Source: an uncultured Lachnospiraceae bacterium
GTDB lineage: Bacteria > Bacillota > Clostridia > Lachnospirales > Lachnospiraceae
DNA: 64,000 nucleotides
Assembly (NCBI GenBank): GCA_910579805.1
Contig: CAJTWM010000014.1
Location: 14,126 to 78,125 of the forward strand
Reading direction: 5' to 3'
The translations under genes and the position numbers were made by a program. The notes under the pieces were generated by a model. The model searched no databases and was not told where the DNA came from. It saw only the letters and a list, made by a program, of their open reading frames with translations. Positions 9,374-18,447 of this stretch are shown here, piece after piece (position 1 is the first letter of the stretch; the number at the start of each line of letters is the position of its first letter).

Positions 9374-10003
9374 ATGCTTACAAGGCAGCAAAATATTTTT
9401 TTAGCAAAGAAAATATTTACGGAACTTGTGTTTAATACTGCTTATATAGAAGGATGTAATGTAACTTTTCCGCAGACGCAGACTATTATTGACGGGGCTG
9501 TGGTCAATGGCATATCCGTAGACGATATACAAACCGTTTTAAATCTTAGGGACGGATGGAAATTCGTTATAAATTCCGTGGATAAACCGTTGACATTAGA
9601 GTATGTCTGCACGATAAATGCATATGTATCGAGAAACGAAAGTCTGGAATGGGGAGTATTAAGAAAAGGAACTGTCGGAGTAGGCAGCTTTCTGCCGACT
9701 ATTCCTGTTAAAGAAGATGTGGTAAAAGAAATAGAACGTATAAACGGGATCGATAAACCTATCGACAGGGCGTTGGAGTATTTTGCATACGCTTGTAAGC
9801 AACAATTATTTTGGGATGGAAACAAACGAACCTCTACGATGGTTGCCAGTAAAATTCTGATAGAGAATGGAGAGGGCATATTGACCATTGGAAAAGATCA
9901 GGCGGAAGAATTTAATGTAACCTTGAATAATTGGTATTTAAGGGACGAATTGCAGCCGTTAAAAGATTGTCTGAAAAAATGTATCAGAACGTTAGAGATA
10001 TAA
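9374..10003 (+). CDS. Fic/Doc-fold protein with a non-canonical active-site motif
   Basis: GGAGGG RBS 5 nt before the ATG at 9374; the track start at 9323 is less likely. N-terminal 'TAYIEGCNVTFPQTQTII' and 'GVLRKGTVGVG' match the Fic core layout. The motif region reads 'ACKQQLFWDGNKRTSTMVASKILIENG', compared with canonical HPFxDGNGRxxR and Doc HxFx(D/N)(A/G)NKR. Confidence 0.65.
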   Translation: MLTRQQNIFLAKKIFTELVFNTAYIEGCNVTFPQTQTIIDGAVVNGISVDDIQTVLNLRDGWKFVINSVDKPLTLEYVCTINAYVSRNESLEWGVLRKGTVGVGSFLPTIPVKEDVVKEIERINGIDKPIDRALEYFAYACKQQLFWDGNKRTSTMVASKILIENGEGILTIGKDQAEEFNVTLNNWYLRDELQPLKDCLKKCIRTLEI

Positions 10004-10041
10004 AGACAATGCCATGTACGGCATGAAAAGAAGACAAAAAG

Positions 10042-10069
10042 AGCTCTGTAAAAGTCAGGGCTTTTTTTT
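10042..10069 (+). terminator. Putative terminator after the Fic-like gene
   Basis: AGCTCTG pairs with CAGGGCT (one G-U pair) and is followed by T8. Confidence 0.5.
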
Positions 10070-10072
10070 AGG

Positions 10073-10121
10073 TTGACAGTCTAACAGTTGTTAGGTATAA
10101 TAGAATCTAACAACTGTTAGG
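10073..10121 (+). promoter_or_regulatory. SigA-type promoter with two copies of a 14-bp palindromic operator, a likely TetR autoregulation site
   Basis: TTGACA (10073-10078), 17 bp, TATAAT (10096-10101). 'TCTAACAGTTGTTAGG' (10080-10095) fills the spacer. Its inverted version 'TCTAACAACTGTTAGG' (10106-10121) sits between the -10 and the RBS. Confidence 0.75.
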
Positions 10122-10132
10122 GAGGATGAGAA

Positions 10133-10744
10133 ATGAATGAAACGAAACAAAAAATATTAGACGCCGCATTAGATCTGTTTTCTCAAAAAGGGTTCTCTGC
10201 GGTTTCTATCAGGGATATTTGTAAAGTGGTAGATATCAAGGAAAGCTCGGTCTATTATCATTTCAAAAATAAACGGGACATCTTTGATGAATTGCTGCTG
10301 CGTTTTGAAGCGATAGCTGCGGATCTGATGGGCCGGTTGGAAGAGGGGCTGTCGACTCCGCCGGATACCTATGAGGGAGATTTATTTGAAAAGACCTGCG
10401 ATTGTTTTTTTGAAAAGTATCTGATGGACGGATATTGTAATAAAATGATGCGGCTGCTTTCCATTGAACATTTGCATAATGAGGAGATGCAAAAAATATA
10501 TGCCGACTGGATTTTTGACAGGCCGCTGCAGTTTCAGGCAAAAGTGTTTTCCGTGTTGACGGCGGCGGGTATCGTCAAAACAAAAGACAGCGATTATCTG
10601 GCAGTAAAATTTTATGGGCCGATTTTTCTTTTTATGCAGCGCTGGCTTTTTCATGGGGCTTTGACGGAGGAATGCAGACAAACTTTTCGGGAAAACGCGT
10701 ATCGGCATGTGAATTATTTTTTTAAGGAAATGGAGGAAATATAA
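10133..10744 (+). CDS. TetR/AcrR-family transcriptional regulator
   Basis: 'KQKILDAALDLFSQKGFSAVSIRDICKVVDIKESSVYYHFKNKRDIFDELL' is a canonical TetR_N HTH. Confidence 0.9.
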   Translation: MNETKQKILDAALDLFSQKGFSAVSIRDICKVVDIKESSVYYHFKNKRDIFDELLLRFEAIAADLMGRLEEGLSTPPDTYEGDLFEKTCDCFFEKYLMDGYCNKMMRLLSIEHLHNEEMQKIYADWIFDRPLQFQAKVFSVLTAAGIVKTKDSDYLAVKFYGPIFLFMQRWLFHGALTEECRQTFRENAYRHVNYFFKEMEEI

Positions 10745-10745
10745 T

Positions 10746-11504
10746 ATGGCAAATATACTGATCGTAGGCGCCAATCAGGGGATTGGTTACTATCTTACGG
10801 AAAGATTGCTGGAATTGGGAAATTTTGTAGCGGTATTGGATATTAGGACGGATGCGGTTGAAGCGCTAAAAGCAAAATATCAAAAGGCGGTTTTGCCGGT
10901 CATTGCTGACGCGCGGAATCTTTCAAGCATCGAAAACGGAGTACGGCAGGCTGTCGAACGTTTCGGAACGATCGATATTGCGATACATAATGCCTGTATG
11001 TGTACTTTTGAAGGCGAGAAGGATACGGATTATGAAACGTATCAAAAGGTAATGGACATAAATTATTTTGGGGCGCTGAGGCTGGCGAAAACCGTTTTAC
11101 CGTATATGCGGAAAGCGAAAAAGGGGCGTATTATTTTTACGAGTTCAGGCGTAGGGGTTACCGGATTTTTTAATATTTCTCCTTATGCCGCTTCGAAAGG
11201 GGCGATAGAATCATTGGCAAAATGTCTGGAAATAGAAAATGAAGAATATGGGATTTCCTTGCACTTATTTCATCCCCCGTTGACAAACACAAGGTCGGCG
11301 TCAGGTATTCCGATCCCAAAAGAATTTAAGGCGGAAGCAAAAAAAGTCGGTTATGGCTTGGCCGAGCGCATTTGGTCAAAAAAGTTTGTGATCTGTCATT
11401 GCGCCAGTCAGGCGGCCCAAGTCAGGTTTTGCTACCGGCATCCTCTTTATATAGGGAAAATGATGACGAAGGCAGCCAGAAGGGCTGTCGGATCAAAAAA
11501 ATGA
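10746..11504 (+). CDS. Short-chain dehydrogenase/reductase (SDR) family oxidoreductase
   Basis: 'ILIVGANQGIGYYL' is the Rossmann TGxxxGxG variant. 'SSGVG...YAASKGAIESL' is the catalytic S...YxxxK. It lies 1 nt downstream of the TetR gene. Confidence 0.85.
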   Translation: MANILIVGANQGIGYYLTERLLELGNFVAVLDIRTDAVEALKAKYQKAVLPVIADARNLSSIENGVRQAVERFGTIDIAIHNACMCTFEGEKDTDYETYQKVMDINYFGALRLAKTVLPYMRKAKKGRIIFTSSGVGVTGFFNISPYAASKGAIESLAKCLEIENEEYGISLHLFHPPLTNTRSASGIPIPKEFKAEAKKVGYGLAERIWSKKFVICHCASQAAQVRFCYRHPLYIGKMMTKAARRAVGSKK

Positions 11505-11619
11505 AGAGGAACGGAAATGGTTTTTATTTAGTATTTTGAGAGGTTTGCGTACTTCACATTTCTTTCTTTGTTTGGTACAATAGTACTATCATTGGCAGAT
11601 AAAGAAAGAAGGGGTATGA

Positions 11620-13368
11620 ATGATACACAAAGAGAAAGCGGAACAGCTTTTACATCAGCAGTATCATTGTTCACAGGCTTTGTTTGGTGCGTTTGCAAAG
11701 GATTTCGGATTGGATTTGAAAACGGCGTTTAAGATCAGCACATGCTTTGGGGGAGGCATGCGTCAGGGCGGAACGTGCGGATGTATTACGGCGTCCCTGC
11801 TGGTGCTTGGGATGGCGCTTGGATTTTATGATTCTCAGGATAGGGAAAAAGAAGTATACGGAAATAAAAAGACGGATGAGTTTATTAAACGTTTTACGGA
11901 CGAGATGGGAGGAGACGTTTATTGCCGCGATATTTTGGGGAAAGATATTTCAAAACCGAATGAAATGGCGGTCATCCGTAAGGAAGGTCTGATTCTCCAG
12001 AAATGTCCGAGAGCATTAAATGCCAGCATAGAAATTCTTGAAGATATGCTGTCAGATTATTTTAAAGACATGGTGGAGAGCAGTATCGGGCTGGAAGATA
12101 TCCCGGAAAACGACGAGATGCGCAGCGTATTGAAGAGCGTCAGTAAGCTCAACCGTTTCAGGAGAAATGTGAATAATCTATTGTATTCCTCTTCAAAAGA
12201 GATCGGATTTATTCAGTTCGATATCCGTAAATTTAAGATTGTAAACGATTTGTACGGAGAAAGATTCGGAGACGAAATTCTGGATTTTGTTATAAGGCAG
12301 TTACAGGAAATCTGCCACAGCGAGCAATTTTTTATCAATCTGAGGAGCGATGTGTTTATGGTGGTGACGGAATATGAAGAGGAAGAGGAACTGGTAGACT
12401 TCATACGCCGCCTGAATGAAAAGATCAGTAATTTTAAAGAAGTAAAGCTGCAGATGTCTTACAGCGTGTATACGGTAGAAGACCGGGAAATGGAGCTTCG
12501 ACAGATGGAAGACCGGGCCGCCATGGCAAGAAAAGCCGCCAAAAAAAATATACTGACGAATATTTTATTTTATAAAGAACAGTTTAAAGAATCTCTCTAT
12601 AACAGAAAATTTATCGAAGAGAATATGCAGGCTGCCGTTACGGAGCGACAGTTTATGATGTATCTTCAGCCTAAATACAGCATTGAAAAAAACGAGATCA
12701 TAGGGGCGGAAGCATTGGTAAGGTGGAAACATCCTGAAAGAGGGATGATCTATCCGAATCAGTTTATTCCGATCATTGAAGAAAATGGATTTATTAAAAA
12801 AGTAGATTATTACATATGGGCGGAAGCCTGCCGGTTTATTAAAAAATGTGAAGAGGCGGGAATAGAGTCCTGTCCGGTATCCGTAAATGTGTCCCGGATC
12901 CATTTAAGGGATGATGAATGTATCCATGTATTGTCCGATCTGATCAAAGAGAATGACATTCAGAAGCAGTTACTGGAATTGGAGATTACGGAAACTGCGG
13001 ATGACCAGCAGGTCAGTATGAAGGCGCTGCAGTTGAAAGAAGAAGGGTTTACTTTATTGATGGATGATTTCGGCAGCGGATATTCTTCTTTGAATATTCT
13101 GCTGGAGACGCCTTTTGACGTGATTAAACTGGACAAAAAATTTATGGAAAACATGATGGTTTCGGGAAAAGGAAGGCTCATTCTGGAACAAGTTGTTTCT
13201 ATGGCGGATAAACTGGATCTGGGGCTTTTGGCAGAGGGAGTGGAGACGAAGGAACAAATCGACTTGCTGCAGAGTATCGGCTGCGATCAGGTACAGGGAT
13301 ACTATTATGCAAAACCTATGCCGGAAGAAGAATTTTTTGTACTTTTGAAAAAACAGAAGCTGGGATGA
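11620..13368 (+). CDS. C_GCAxxG_C_C-family domain, degenerate GGDEF and EAL: a putative c-di-GMP phosphodiesterase
   Basis: N-terminus: 'YHCSQALFGAFAKDFG...CFGGGMRQGGTCGCITASLLVLG...VYCRDILG...QKCPRAL'. Middle: 'FDIRKFKIVNDLYGERFGDEIL' but 'LRSDVF' in place of RxGGDEF. C-terminus: 'EALVRW', 'ELEITE', 'DDFGSGYSSL', 'KLDKKF', 'AEGVET', 'QGYYYAKP'. Confidence 0.8.
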   Translation: MIHKEKAEQLLHQQYHCSQALFGAFAKDFGLDLKTAFKISTCFGGGMRQGGTCGCITASLLVLGMALGFYDSQDREKEVYGNKKTDEFIKRFTDEMGGDVYCRDILGKDISKPNEMAVIRKEGLILQKCPRALNASIEILEDMLSDYFKDMVESSIGLEDIPENDEMRSVLKSVSKLNRFRRNVNNLLYSSSKEIGFIQFDIRKFKIVNDLYGERFGDEILDFVIRQLQEICHSEQFFINLRSDVFMVVTEYEEEEELVDFIRRLNEKISNFKEVKLQMSYSVYTVEDREMELRQMEDRAAMARKAAKKNILTNILFYKEQFKESLYNRKFIEENMQAAVTERQFMMYLQPKYSIEKNEIIGAEALVRWKHPERGMIYPNQFIPIIEENGFIKKVDYYIWAEACRFIKKCEEAGIESCPVSVNVSRIHLRDDECIHVLSDLIKENDIQKQLLELEITETADDQQVSMKALQLKEEGFTLLMDDFGSGYSSLNILLETPFDVIKLDKKFMENMMVSGKGRLILEQVVSMADKLDLGLLAEGVETKEQIDLLQSIGCDQVQGYYYAKPMPEEEFFVLLKKQKLG

Positions 13369-13579
13369 CCGGTTTCTGTTTTTTGGCGTATGGCAGGCGT
13401 ATATACGGACTCTTCCGGCTGCGCCTGCATCTTGAAGGTTCCATTGTTTCCTTTCCATTGCGTCAGCAGTTCCGGACAATGCTTCTATTGACACCAAAAT
13501 AGGGAAAAAGATATAATATAAATCAGGATACATTTATGCTTTCAATAAGGCATAGGACGAGCAAATCTGGAGAACGTAG

Positions 13580-16168
13580 ATGAAAAAGAGACAAAACAAA
13601 AGTAAAACGGACAAAGGAGTTCCTTTGCTTCTTTCTATCATATTGGTTTTTTGTGTTTTGGGGGCGGCGGTATTTTCTGTGTCACGAAAAATATCAAAAG
13701 AAATGTCGGCGGCGGCAATCCAAAATCTGAATGAAAGTCTGGACCTGATACAATGTACTATAGAGGCTATCCTAAATAAAGAAGCGGAATTTCAAAAACT
13801 GATGGCTCAGGAAATCGCCATGAGGGAAGATCCGGAAGAATATATCCGTTCCTATCAGAAAAACCGGACCATGGTAAGGGTCGCGCTGATCCCCGTGGGG
13901 GAAACGGAGGGGATTTCCAGCACGGGAGAAGTCTTTTCCGAAGAAGGACTGGAATTTTCTTCGGGAGATGCAGTAGACGGGCTTGCAGTCTCCCTTTCTT
14001 ATCTGAATTATATGGGTACATGGGCTTATGCCATTAAATGCCCGGTGGTGAAAGACGGTGAGGAGATCGGTACGCTCTATGTAGAGTATACTTATGATTC
14101 GCTGGACAGATCCCTTCCGAACGGGTTTTACGGTAACTGTGCCATGCTCTATATTATGGACGCAAAAACGGAGCGTTTTGTACTGAAACCAAAAGGAATG
14201 GGGGAACGCAGTGCGGGTCATTTGAATCTGCTGGATTTTTATCGGGCAAATGACATCAACGAAGAGTCCCTTCGCGCCCAAGTGGAACAGTGTGTGCAGA
14301 ACGGGGAAAGCATTATGTTTTACCATGACATACGGGGAAAAAGGGCGCTGAATTATATGTGGGCGGTAAACGACGGTTTGATCTATCTGACCGGATATGT
14401 GCCTGTCGAAGCTATCCAGCAGGAAGGAAAGACCGTAACTCAGAATATATTTATCGTTGTGGCTGTAATGCTGATCGCATTTTTGATCTGCTGTATTTTG
14501 TACTATTTTAACCAAAAACAGCAAAACAGGGTCAGGAGAGAAAGAGAAAAGGAAAGAGAATTGCATAATAAACAGTTGGCCGAAGCGCTGCAGGCCGCGC
14601 AGGTGGCAAGTCATTCCAAGACCACGTTCCTTTCCAATATGTCCCATGATATCCGTACGCCGATGAACGCGGTGCTGGGGTTTACGACGCTGCTTGCCAA
14701 AGATGCGGAAAATCCTGATAAAGTCCGGGAATATACGAAAAAGATCACGGCATCCGGCCAGCATCTGCTCAGCCTGATCAATGACGTGCTGGACGTTTCC
14801 AAGATCGAAAGCGGAAAAGTCGTACTTAATATGGAAGAATTTACCCTGCATGATCTCGTATCTTCCGTGGATGCGATCGTCAGGCCGATGGCGGTTGCGA
14901 GATCCCAAAAATTTCATGTGGAAGTAACGGACATTAAGCATGAATATTTGATAGGGGATGAGACAAGGATCAACCAGATACTGATCAATCTTCTTTCCAA
15001 TGCGGTGAAATATACGCCGGAAGGAGGGAACATCTGGTTTCGCATGATCGGTTTAAAACAGCGCTCCGGTCAGTTTGAACATATCCGTATCGAAGTGGAA
15101 GACGACGGATACGGAATGACGAAAGAATACCTGAAGACGATCTTTGATGCGTTTACGAGAGCCGAAAACAGTACGACGAATAAGGTGCAGGGAACGGGAC
15201 TGGGGATGGCGATCACTAAAAATATCGTAGAGCTTATGGGCGGAACGATCGAAGTATCCAGCGAGGTGGACAAAGGAAGCCTGTTCCGGGTAGAATTGGA
15301 ATTCCGCATACCGGAAGGGACAGCGGATAAAAAGTTTTGGGAAGAAAGCGGAATATCCCGGATTTTATCTGTGGACGGAAACGCCCAGGACGATAAAAAT
15401 CTCCGGCTGCTTATAGGGGACAGCGGTATTTCGGTGGATACGGCGTTCCACACGGAAGAAGCGCTGCGTATGATAGAAGAGGCAAACCATGCGGATGAAA
15501 GATATCATATGGTATTACTGGATTGGGATGCGCCGGATACGGGCGGCATCCAAACGGCGGAAAAGATACGGAAAGCACTGCCGGAAAACGCACTGTTGTT
15601 GTTTTTGACGGCTTACGGCGCGGACGGTTTAGACAGTATGGAAGAGGCGCTTAAACTGGAATATACAGGTGTGCTCATGAAACCGTTTTTCGTATCTGCC
15701 CTAAAGGAAAAGGTAATGGAAATACAGGCGGGGCTGGACGGAGAAAACAGAGCGGTAAAGACTGACGATGACGGCAGTTTAGAAGGGCTGCATTTCCTTG
15801 CGGCGGAAGATAATGAGATCAATGCGGAGATCCTTTCAGAAATTTTATCGATGGAAGGAGCGGATTGTGAGATCGCCCAAAATGGCAGACTGGCATTGGA
15901 ACGGTTCGGCGAATCAAAAGAAGGTGAATTTGACGCGATCCTCATGGACGTCCAGATGCCGGTGATGAACGGTTATGAAGCCACAAGGGCGATCAGGGCG
16001 TTAAGACGTGAAGATGTGAAAACGATCCCTATTATCGCCATGACTGCGAACGCTTTTGCCGAAGATGAAAAAGAAGCGCTACATGCGGGAATGAACGTGC
16101 ATCTGTCGAAACCCATTGATATAGGACTGCTAAAGAAAGTAGTAAAACAATATGTAGGCAGGACATGA
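13580..16168 (+). CDS. Hybrid sensor histidine kinase with an extracytoplasmic sensor domain, HisKA, HATPase_c and two receiver domains
   Basis: Two TM helices flank a domain of ~250 aa. H-box 'SHDIRTPMNAV'. N/G boxes 'NLLSNAVKYT', 'DDGYGM', 'GTGLGMAI'. C-terminal REC 'ILMDVQMPVMNGYEA...AMTANAF...HLSKP'. Confidence 0.9.
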   Translation: MKKRQNKSKTDKGVPLLLSIILVFCVLGAAVFSVSRKISKEMSAAAIQNLNESLDLIQCTIEAILNKEAEFQKLMAQEIAMREDPEEYIRSYQKNRTMVRVALIPVGETEGISSTGEVFSEEGLEFSSGDAVDGLAVSLSYLNYMGTWAYAIKCPVVKDGEEIGTLYVEYTYDSLDRSLPNGFYGNCAMLYIMDAKTERFVLKPKGMGERSAGHLNLLDFYRANDINEESLRAQVEQCVQNGESIMFYHDIRGKRALNYMWAVNDGLIYLTGYVPVEAIQQEGKTVTQNIFIVVAVMLIAFLICCILYYFNQKQQNRVRREREKERELHNKQLAEALQAAQVASHSKTTFLSNMSHDIRTPMNAVLGFTTLLAKDAENPDKVREYTKKITASGQHLLSLINDVLDVSKIESGKVVLNMEEFTLHDLVSSVDAIVRPMAVARSQKFHVEVTDIKHEYLIGDETRINQILINLLSNAVKYTPEGGNIWFRMIGLKQRSGQFEHIRIEVEDDGYGMTKEYLKTIFDAFTRAENSTTNKVQGTGLGMAITKNIVELMGGTIEVSSEVDKGSLFRVELEFRIPEGTADKKFWEESGISRILSVDGNAQDDKNLRLLIGDSGISVDTAFHTEEALRMIEEANHADERYHMVLLDWDAPDTGGIQTAEKIRKALPENALLLFLTAYGADGLDSMEEALKLEYTGVLMKPFFVSALKEKVMEIQAGLDGENRAVKTDDDGSLEGLHFLAAEDNEINAEILSEILSMEGADCEIAQNGRLALERFGESKEGEFDAILMDVQMPVMNGYEATRAIRALRREDVKTIPIIAMTANAFAEDEKEALHAGMNVHLSKPIDIGLLKKVVKQYVGRT

Positions 16169-16238
16169 CAGCGCTTATGGAGTTATGGGAAAGGATAATA
16201 TATAGATTGATCAGGCAGGGAGAAAGAAAAATAAGATT

Positions 16239-17558
16239 ATGAAAAAAAGCAAACAAAACGGTTTTAGGAAAGCAGCGGCAGCGTGCATAATAGGGACTAT
16301 GGCATTGGTTTTGGCGTCCTGCGGGAGTAAAGAAGGGGAGCATGAGAATCTGATAGTCACGAAAAAAGACGGCGACCGGCTTGTGAATCTGTTCAGCCCC
16401 ATGGAAAAGACCAATCCGGATGCGGATAATGTTGCCAGAAGCGCAGCCGATAAAACGATCGTCATGGCAGAGGAGACATTGGGATTGACCGTCGGTTATA
16501 CTACTTATACGGCGGAGGATTATCAGGATAAGACTTATGACGATGTGGCGCTTGACAGGGCGCGCAACGATATGGACGATATTTATCTGCTCAATCCGGA
16601 TGTGATCCAAACGCTGGGGGAAGAGGAAAAGCTGATGGATCTGTCGGGTCTGGAATGCGCCGGGAATTTGAGGGACGTGGTCAGGACGGCGAACACGGTC
16701 AACGGAAAATTAGTGGCGATTCCGCAGGAAGTGGTAGCTTACGGGCTTTTTATCAATAAAGATATGTTTGATCGATACGGTCTGGAACTGCCGGAAACGC
16801 CGGAAGATTTTTTGGAGTGCTGCAGAGTGTTCAAAGAAAACGGGATCGAAACGCCGGTAGGGGCAAACCGTTGGTGGCTGGAAACCTTTGTTTTGGCGCA
16901 GGCATACGCAGATCTGTATAACGGCGGGAACACAGAAGCCGAAATTGCGGCGTTAAACAGCGGGGAAAGCAAATACAGCGATTATATGCGGCCCGGCTTT
17001 ATGTTTCTTCAGGAGATGATCGACTGCGGTTACATCGATGCGGAGAAAGCATATGTGAGTGAAGCGATCGAAGGGGAAGGCGAAGATTTCCTTAATCAAA
17101 AAACGCCTATTGTCATGGCATATTGGGGAGCGGCAAATACGGAAACCGCATACGGGAAAACAGATTTCAATATGTTAGTCATCGGATTCCCCAGCAGCAG
17201 AGGCCAAATGCCGGTAATGCCAATGACAGGATTCGCGGTAGGCGTTAATTCGGAACATGCAAAAGACGCCATGAACGTTTTGGACGTGATCCTTTCCGAT
17301 GAAGCGCTGCAGATCTATGCGGAAACGAACAGGGTGATCTCACCGTCTAAGAATGTGGAAGTGGACTGTGTCCCTGCCTTAAAGCCGTTAAACGACAGGA
17401 TTGAGGAGAATGTTTATGTGCTTGGCTCAAATGCGGGAATGAAAGTAGAGCAGTGGGGAAATACCTGTCTGATCGTCCGCAGGCTTTTAAACGGCGCTAC
17501 GGTAGACGAATGTATGGCGGAATTTGACAGGCTTCAGGAAGAGTCTTTGAAAAAGTAA
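16239..17558 (+). CDS. Extracellular solute-binding lipoprotein (ABC-type, sugar family); no permease or ATPase gene is adjacent
   Basis: Lipobox 'LVLASCGS'. Size and composition are typical of SBP_bac_1 proteins. It lies next to the hybrid kinase. Confidence 0.75.
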   Translation: MKKSKQNGFRKAAAACIIGTMALVLASCGSKEGEHENLIVTKKDGDRLVNLFSPMEKTNPDADNVARSAADKTIVMAEETLGLTVGYTTYTAEDYQDKTYDDVALDRARNDMDDIYLLNPDVIQTLGEEEKLMDLSGLECAGNLRDVVRTANTVNGKLVAIPQEVVAYGLFINKDMFDRYGLELPETPEDFLECCRVFKENGIETPVGANRWWLETFVLAQAYADLYNGGNTEAEIAALNSGESKYSDYMRPGFMFLQEMIDCGYIDAEKAYVSEAIEGEGEDFLNQKTPIVMAYWGAANTETAYGKTDFNMLVIGFPSSRGQMPVMPMTGFAVGVNSEHAKDAMNVLDVILSDEALQIYAETNRVISPSKNVEVDCVPALKPLNDRIEENVYVLGSNAGMKVEQWGNTCLIVRRLLNGATVDECMAEFDRLQEESLKK

Positions 17559-17646
17559 GCAGTCTGCATGAAAAGTCTGTCTTTTTTAATCAGATATTAT
17601 ATGCTATAATAACCAAAGAATATAGGTAAGGGATGGTAGGATAAGC

Positions 17647-18036
17647 ATGAAGAAAAGAAAACAAAACGATCTGCTGTTATTTTTCGGCGGATTGGCAATG
17701 CTGGTAGCAGGGCTTTATTGGTTTATGAGCAAAGTGACCGTAACGAACCATTTTATCGGAGGAAATTTCCGGTTAGGAGGTTTTTCCGTCAGCAGCGGAC
17801 TGATCGTCGTACCTTTTATTGCTTCGGTCATCTGGCTCTTTATAAGGCCGGACTCTTTTCTGCCTAAGGTCTGCGTGGTCCTCAGTATCATATTGATCCT
17901 TGCGGCAGTGATCATCAATACAAGCATCTACTTACAGCCTACTTCCCTCTATGAATATTTGTTGATGCTTATATTTATTTTTGGCGGCGGGGCTATGGTG
18001 CTTAAAGTTTTATTCAATCCTAAATATAAGGACTAG
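17647..18036 (+). CDS. Small integral membrane protein with four predicted TM helices, function unknown
   Basis: Hydrophobic segments LLLFFGGLAMLVAGLYWF, GLIVVPFIASVIWLFI, VCVVLSIILILAAVII and LLMLIFIFGGGAMVL. Confidence 0.6.
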   Translation: MKKRKQNDLLLFFGGLAMLVAGLYWFMSKVTVTNHFIGGNFRLGGFSVSSGLIVVPFIASVIWLFIRPDSFLPKVCVVLSIILILAAVIINTSIYLQPTSLYEYLLMLIFIFGGGAMVLKVLFNPKYKD

Positions 18037-18123
18037 CGTATTGTCTTGTATCGTTCGCATTTCGCCAAATAAAGTACTGCTAAAAACGGATCTGCCTGTT
18101 TTGAGCGGGGACAGAGGATACTT

Positions 18124-18447
18124 ATGGAATGTAAGGAAGCAGAAAAACTGATAAGAAAGTTTATTGACGATGAATTGGACTATGGAGAAAGCATAGAATT
18201 TCTGGAGCATATGCAGGAATGCCCGAACTGCAGGGAGGAACTGGCGATCCAGTTTCTTGTGACGGAAGGGATGGCAAATCTGGAGGAAGGTTCGGCATTC
18301 GATCTGCAGGGGGAACTGAACGAACGTCTGGAAGAGCTTGAGAAACGGATAAGCAGGAATGAAAACCTTCGGTATTTTTCTTATGTGGCGGAATTTTTTG
18401 CCATAGTCCTTATTATAATATTTTTAGTGTTGGTGTTTGTAAAATGA
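18124..18447 (+). CDS. zf-HC2 (anti-sigma-factor-type zinc finger) membrane protein
   Basis: 'CKEAEKLIRKFIDDEL...HMQECPNCREEL' is an Hx3Cx2C zinc motif. There is a C-terminal TM helix, FAIVLIIIFLVLVFV. Its stop overlaps the polA start (ATGA). Confidence 0.65.
   Translation: MECKEAEKLIRKFIDDELDYGESIEFLEHMQECPNCREELAIQFLVTEGMANLEEGSAFDLQGELNERLEELEKRISRNENLRYFSYVAEFFAIVLIIIFLVLVFVK

Noticed and set aside
13054-13533. 159-aa minus-strand ORF spanning the EAL gene end and the intergenic region
   Set aside because: It overlaps the EAL domain coding sequence in antisense, and it has no RBS or motif.
13772-14941. 389-aa ORF on the minus strand
   Set aside because: It lies entirely antisense to the well-supported hybrid histidine kinase gene. 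It has no RBS or motif, and its R/H/F/I-rich composition is typical of antisense read-through.
16446-16453. Additional GCCGATAA octamer, a possible sigma-28 -10 element
   Set aside because: It lies inside the solute-binding-protein coding sequence without the extended flanking motif, so it is probably a chance occurrence.
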